Of a stretch of 64,000 nt of DNA, positions 56,880-64,000 are shown in pieces. Numbering within the stretch: the stretch's first letter is position 1; each line of letters begins with the position of its first letter. Below the pieces are notes generated by a model. The model was not told the DNA's origin. It ran no database searches and saw only the letters and a list, made by a program, of their open reading frames with translations. Origin of the DNA: Chrysomallon squamiferum. Lineage: Eukaryota > Animalia > Mollusca. The stretch lies in NCBI GenBank assembly GCA_012295275.1, contig CM022667.1, positions 5,518,001-5,582,000 on the forward strand, in the 5' to 3' direction. The translations under genes and the position numbers were made by a program.

Positions 56880-59800
56880 CAGAGACTTTTGTTTTACCAT
56901 AACAGAGAAGTGAAAGCCAAAGTTTGACATGTGAATCAACTTATACTTGAACTAAATCAGTGTTAGGACATTATATCTTAAAAGCAGGAGTGTTACAAAC
57001 CATTTTCTTCCCGTTATATGGAATACATGCCTATAAATTGTTTGCCAAGATTTGACAGATGAGCATCCTGTGTGTTTTAGTGCAAAATTATTATTCGTCT
57101 GACAGTGATTTATCACTTAAAGACAACCCCAAAGAGGTCCATGTATTAGCGATAGCGCATGATGAAGTCTTACGATAAACATATGATGAAACTTCAGAAA
57201 TCTTATTTGGATCATAACAATTTATTTTTCTAATAGAATATTTTAATTTGAGTACATTTATCATCATCTTCATATTATTAGTAGCAGACAGGATAGTAAA
57301 CCTTGTTTTCCATGAGCAAGAGAAAAATGGACAGTAAACAGCCACGTTATGGAGGAGATAAATGAACTGTTTCCTTCTTTTCACGACAGTGGTAAATTTA
57401 AAACTCTTGATGAAAATAATGTGTACTGTCAAAGCACACCATTTTAAGTCAGATCTTTGTGTTGGCCAGATCTGTCATTAGGAATGAATATTTCCTGTGA
57501 AGTTAGTAGCAACTTTTCTAGCATTATTTTCTTGTATTTTTTTTCTTTAAATTAGTTTGAACAATGTTGATAATGTGCTGCAAGCCATGATCTTGACATT
57601 GAAACAACTCAAGCTTGCCATTTAATAAACAAGTTTATATTTCCATTAGAAACTATTTCTGTTTTCTGACAATAACAGACTAATCAAGGATTTAAGAAAG
57701 CTCTCATGGTTGATTAGTTTTTCAACCTTCCAAGTCAAAAACTTACTTCCATTTTCAAATTCTGATACACAATGCTCATTGCTTTTTAAAGTCAATTCTA
57801 TCTATAGTCGCCAGTAGGCATAATGTACTTCTCACTTGTTTACTGCAGCAATTTATTTTGATACTATCAGACAATATTGCATATTAACTGTTCACACAAA
57901 TTATTCAAATAAACTAAATTCCTGGAAATGTTTCATGTTTCTCTTTATGTTCAAAGCAGCACAAGGACAGGTTGTAAGATACTTAGTAGTCCGTGAGGCT
58001 ATAGTTGTTTTCAAATATCAAACTGGAAAAGTATGTGTCAAAGCAGACTTTTATTAAGAACTGCACTACAATCTCAAAGCTAGTCAAAATTTCGAGGTAA
58101 ATGACATTTTACTAACTACCCTGATGGCAACAAAAACAATAACATTTTATTAGAAAGCTAAATAAATAATTTAAAAGTACTTTATTACATATGTTAGTAT
58201 AAGTAGTTAATACATACATATTTAATTTTATATAGTTGTATGTTATATACTACAGATAAATATTTGAAAATAATCTACAATCAGTTGTAATAACAAGTTT
58301 ATTTTCTATTATTTTTCCAAAATTTACAATAAATACATATGTAACAAACATGAAAACATTAAGTAAAATAATATCTTAATCAACATACTATTAAGAAATA
58401 TATAAAAATCTTGCTATTCTTAATCATTGATTGTATATTTACAAAAATACTAAAGATATTAAAGTAAAAAGTAATTTTAATTCTGGTTAATATAAACAAA
58501 AACGTAGGTATATAATTATATATATTACAAAAAATAAAACATTTTGGAATTATCAAATAGCAAAACATTGCAGAATGAAGTAAGTTAACATTTTTATTTC
58601 ATTATTATGAAATAAGAAAAGCAGAAAAAAGCAAAAGAAAAATCATTTATGACAATAAAATAAAATCTGCCATCTGATATATGCATTAATAGATATTATA
58701 ATATACAAAATTAATGACACAAAACAAAAAAAATATAAAAAAATAAACGAAAAGAGAACACCAAATTGTTCAAAGAATAGCACTAATATTTTATATAGAA
58801 TTGTTTTCATGATCAGCAGCATGTTTTCAAGTGTATTCTCTTTGTCAAGGAAAATAAACGTATTTGATGTCAGTGTCTTTAAACTTCAATAAAAGTGATC
58901 TTGACAATTATAAAACATTTCTTAATTTTAGCAGAAACCAATTTTGAGCATACTTAATATATTAATATTCATCCCCTATCAGTTCTCATATTAAACAAAT
59001 TAAATAATAAAAGGAGAAAAAAAATCATCAACATTTCTCTTGACAAAGTAATTAGTCATATGTGACTTTCAGAAGGGATATTAATTTAATATTGATAAAA
59101 TAGCTGCAGGTTCTTCCTGTAACAAAGTGTTGATTATTATAATCCAGAAAGTTTCAAACACACATTCACATCAACAGAGATCTGATTTTATATAATTATA
59201 ATTTATGATTGTTATTGAAATATTCAGAATTTATGAAAATACTGACAAATTCAAAATAATATTAATAATAATAATAATAAAATAAAAAATTAAAATTAAA
59301 ATTAGAAGAAAAAACAAGTTCTGACAAAACATGAGCAGGATAGGAAACACTTCTATTAAGCCAGCTACTGGTAAAGCTTTCCTATGAGAACATACAAAAA
59401 AGATGGAATTTCTAAATGGCTCAGTAACCATAGACATACATACAGACATTTTATGGAAAAGCCTTTTCTTATCTTCCCAAGAAAACATTTTGTTTTATAA
59501 TACAAAAGATTTCAACATTGTTATTTTCCTACCTTTAAATGTCAGATGCTATTACGACTGCAGACTAACACTTTCTGATTGCCATTACAAAATAACAGTA
59601 AAAGAACAACATCTGTCTTGACCACAAAACACTATAGGAAATAATTTAATATCTTACTGAAAATTATAAACACAGTAAAAGAGAGATAAAAAATAGTAAT
59701 AATAATATAATTATTACATACTGGTTACATTGTAAAAAGCCAATGTTCAGAGATTTCCAGTCACAAAATAATCAAGTAAGAACACAATTAAAGCTGAACT

Positions 59801-60260
59801 AATTCTGTAATTTTCAAGTTATAAACATTAAATTATATTTTGTACGTGATTTTTATAGCTTTCACCAAGCTTAATCTATTTTGGATTATTTCACCATTCT
59901 TTATTTCTCTACTTCAAATTGAAAATTTTTGCAGATTTTCTTTGCAGTTTTGGTTTAAGTGTATAACTTTACATCATTTTTGTTTTCTTTAGACTCTTAT
60001 TATTTTATTTCACTTTTAAATTGTTATTTATTATTTTTCTTATATTATAAATTCATTTTCCATTTTTGAGATTTAACTTTGAACGCTCTTGATTGCTATT
60101 GTTATCAGACAACTGTGGTGCTTTCTTTGAGAAGTCAATCTGAATGTACACTGTTGGTTCTTCTGTTTTGTGGATGGGCTGTGACATTTTCTCATTTGTA
60201 AACTCAACTTCAGTGTAAACCAGTTGACGTTCATTTCCTCTTTTAGCTGTTGTTGTCTGT
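56880..60260. repeat. Third copy of the terminal exon, 3'UTR and downstream block (direct to 32482-35880, inverted to about 12330-15705)
   Basis: Near-identical ORF-track peptides at 57836/33432/14751 and 59403/35016; sharp left breakpoint at about 56880. Confidence 0.93.
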
Positions 60261-63156
60261 AAAACATAAAAATTACACCAAGAAAAAAAAAATGTTTTAT
60301 TATTATTAATACGAATATTATCAAATAATACATTTAAATCTGGACTGTGACAAATTATATTTAGATACTATTACACTGGATGAAATGCATAAAACCTTTC
60401 CATGATAAAATAATTATTAAGTTTTAGAAATATAAAAATCCCCCCAAAATCGAGTTGTCCAAAATATATCATAAACAAGAATTTTAAGAGTACAAACCTG
60501 ATTTTTTCCGTTAGTCCTTTTGTTTGATGTTTCATCTTTAACAAATGCAGTGTTGTCATTACCATAGATGTGCTTATCTTCAAATGCTTTTTTTGAAATG
60601 GATAATATTTCATTTACAAAAATAATTTCATCAAATGGAATTTTAAATGTAAAATAAAGCAAAACATTTTTTAATGTTATAATTAGGACTAGATATAAAT
60701 ACTAACAAAGCAAAATCATTTACCATAGATGTAATTATACCGTATCAAAAACTGTTTGTTTCCACTTGTTCAGACAGAAATCTAACATTCAATGAACATA
60801 CCGAAAGAAACCATTGTAATACAAACAAAATTACTTCGTCAATAAGCATAATTAATTTTTATTTTCTTGTCTTACTTCACCTTTGGATTTCTGTCTTGTT
60901 TATTAGATATTAAATTCATACATTTTGTGGCATAGAGTTTACTTTTAGAAATTATTTCATGTTTACTGTAATGTCAATGAAGTATTCTTAACATTAAACA
61001 TGAGAATAAAATTATAAACACACATACACACAGATGTCTTTATCACATTTACTTAGACATTACTTGTATTTATCTTCTGTTTTATATTTAGTGTGATGTC
61101 AGAGTTGAAATAAGATTTGTAAACAAATCTGTATGGCCAAAATAACTAAGCAATCTTTTCCTTAGATACAGAACATTTTTTCTAGTTTTAATTTATCCTT
61201 GCTCTTTAGGGTTATGATGAAATGTAAATTCCAGATTGATCATTTGATTAATTGTGTGAATTTATTGTTAAACTTGAAAGGTATGGACATCAACTGCTTA
61301 ACTAATTTTTATCTGGAGAAATGATAAGGATATAATCATCAGTGGCAATAAGTTCTCTTTATGTAGTTCATTTATGAAAGCATTCATGTGTATGTGCATA
61401 TGTGTGCTACTGTATTTACTTTTTCTGTAATTTGAAAGAAAATAATACATCACCTGTATTTTCCCGGGTTTTCTGATTTCGTGAACTGTTCGTTCCAGTT
61501 TTTTTAATTTTGTTTACTACTGCATACAAAACATTTGGGTCTTTCTGGTTTGAGTCAATACCTGTTTAGAAAAAATATCAACAATAAGAATGGCAAAGGT
61601 TTTTCTCAATATAAATTAAAACAGAAAATAATGTGTAATTAATTAATGTTTGTGACGGATTGATGGATGAAATGATGTTTATAATCGATGCTTACTGAAA
61701 TAAAATTAAATGCTTCATATTTGAATATCATACATCTAATATGAATGTTAAATAAAGGTGCCAAAACAGAATTTATAAACTGCATGTAGTCAGACAGTTA
61801 TATACAAAAAATAAAATAGAAAATGTCTGCCTTTTCTTATGAAAAAAGCAATGGTATTTACAATTGACAGATATGTGTTTAACAGAATGTACGAGATGTA
61901 AAGTATCTCTTGTCTCATAACTTGTGGTTAAATAAATAATTATTCTCTTATTTTTGTATTATCTACACCAAATGTCAAAAGTATAATAAATCTGACATCA
62001 AATGCTTATGACATTTTATAGTTTTCTTTGGCCTCAAACACTGTCATCTGTTTTGACCAGTATAAGGCTTCAGTGGATGGAGATATAAAGATTTATTGAC
62101 TGTGGTGGCTTCCACACACACATACACACACACAATCAAACACATACACACACACAATCAAACACACACACACATACACACCTAGGGAAAAAAGAAGAAC
62201 ATTTAAAAAAAAATTGAACAAAATTTAAATATTTAAGAAAAAAAATATAATAAAATAAAATAAATAAACCTGAAATTGTATAAATCACTGATTATTTCTC
62301 TCTTGACAAAAATCAGGATTATGTTTTTTTCTTCTTCTTCTTCTTTTTTCTATAATGTAATTACTTTAGTGATTTTTAAATTGCATTGTCACTTTATTTC
62401 TTTTGAAAAAATCCAAACTGAATAATTGCTGTTATTTGTTTTAGAAATAAATTGATAGCACATATTTTTAGCTTAATGAATCCTTTTAAAGAACATGTCG
62501 TGTTGTTGCACTCCAAGAAGTCAAGGAATATTTCACTTGATGATAAAGATGATAAGACTGAGGACCATGAACAAGAAGCAGAAATAATAAAATTTGCATA
62601 TTCCAATGACCACAGTTCAGACTTTTCACCAGAATCAAGAAAATGTATCTGGAATACAAAATAGGCTTAATACAACAGAAAGGAGAAAACTGATCAAAAG
62701 AGTTTCAGCTGACAGGATGTAGATTGTCATTTTTTTCAGAATATCGTCCATGATTTTTTCTCCTTTCAGATCAGCATAAATGATATCTCAAATTATGAAC
62801 TGAAAAATTCAAAGATGATTTACAGCCAACAAGAAAATTTAGAGCTGGTGGCAAAATGTTCTAGCACTGACTAAAGTGAAATTTTCATTGCCAGTTTCTA
62901 CAAGGAAAAAAATTCTAAAGATCTCATTCTGTTATCCAACATTTTCCTCATAGCTGTCTGACAACATACCAACAGAATAATATTAACATACTATCACTAA
63001 AACAGGTACCTTCGATTGACTTGTCTGATGATGTAGTGCTTTGTTTTCTTCGTCTGAAGAGAAATATAAGTAGGATAACAACAACTACAACAACCAGCAA
63101 ACCGGCACCAACACCACTACCAACTACTACTATCTTAGAAATCCTTGCTTCTTCTG
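60053..63156 (-). CDS. Gene D: 3' part of a paralogous ITIM/ITSM receptor (TM plus shorter tail); 5' exons lie beyond the window
   Basis: Exons 63010-63156 (TM), 61454-61561 (VLYAVVNK), 60498-60586 (HIYGND), 60053-60256 (LVYTEV, TVYIQI, ends KLNLKNGK*); GT-AG and in frame. Confidence 0.9.
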
Positions 63157-63196
63157 CTGAAAAAAAACAACAAAATAATAATAATAACAACAACAA

Positions 63197-63228
<32 letters not shown>

Positions 63229-63406
63229 GAAAAGACAAAACAGAAATACCCCAAAATGATGTGCAACATTGGTATTAAATTTTAATAAATTATTTGCTTA
63301 AAAAAGATTTTAAAGCTAAGGATTTATCCTTTATTTACATATTTAAAAAATCTTTGTTGCCTATATTTTGTGAATTTCTTTTAATTTTTCTAAAATATTA
63401 CATTTA

Positions 63407-63415
63407 ACACACACA

Positions 63416-63477
<62 letters not shown>
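63407..63477. repeat. (CA)n microsatellite
   Basis: Direct reading. Confidence 0.95.
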
Positions 63478-64000
63478 TTCACATTAATGTCCTGCTAACA
63501 GTAAATTTCAAATTAAAGGACTTTGACTGTAAGTAATAATAATGCATATATCACCCTTCGGTTCGGTAAAATACTTAATTCTGATGAATAAACCAGCATA
63601 TTTCGATGTACAGAATCTATAATCATCTGCCTCTGATTTTCATTTCCTAACCCAGATTTAACTTACACAAAAATATTGTTAATAAAATAATGTAGACATT
63701 TATCCATTTAGATTCATGTTTTAATTTCAGACAGTCCATAATATTCATAGTGACAAAATTAGATTTCATAAAAATAGCTCATCTGAATTGAAAACAGTGC
63801 CATTTATTTATTCAATTTTAATTTTTAGTATTTTACAAGCAGTACTGAACTGACAACATATCGCTTCAAGTAATCAAATGATGGTTTTCATACATCAGTT
63901 TTTATTACATTAAAAACAACACTAATACAAATTTTATTTGTTTCCTATTGTTTATATATTAGTGAAATTTTGGGGTCATAAGTTATATAGTCATATACAT

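Noticed and set aside
61441-61460. Microhomology-mediated fusion of exon 8 to the start of exon 9 in D (ACAGGTGATGT)
   Set aside because: The sequence matches the ordinary exon 8 donor region of C (gtaatgtataatt vs gtgatgtattatt) equally well, so no special mechanism is needed

Overview
AT-rich, intron-containing animal DNA, most likely a mollusc. A SINE-like fragment that I recall from gastropod assemblies hints at a gastropod (recollection, not a search). Almost none of the ORF-track entries are whole genes; the real genes were rebuilt by hand from GT-AG splice sites and exon phases. The window is an immunoglobulin-superfamily cluster with two interleaved gene types. (1) Type-I receptors with tyrosine-motif tails ending in an ITIM (LVYTEV) plus ITSM (TVYIQI): a complete 12-exon, 744-aa gene C (-, 48519-35693; signal peptide, 5 Ig domains, TM, tail), the 3' half of paralog D (-, 63156-60053), an orphan tail E (+, 11831-12506) and an older relic 3'UTR (about 54950-56870). 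(2) Small single-V-like-domain genes: A (+, 2968-10736, 168 aa, probable GPI signal) and B (-, 25935-24481, 1-nt frameshift, 3' end not in the window). A roughly 10 kb inverted duplication (about 12330-22395 vs 26110-35875) flanks a 200-N gap and may be real or a haplotype artefact. It carries a decayed intron-containing Harbinger transposase and a Gmr1-type gypsy pol remnant. Best candidate for an undescribed system: a linked, rapidly turning-over inhibitory-receptor / GPI-anchored V-domain ligand-or-decoy cluster with exon-modular signalling tails. Its function is inference only.
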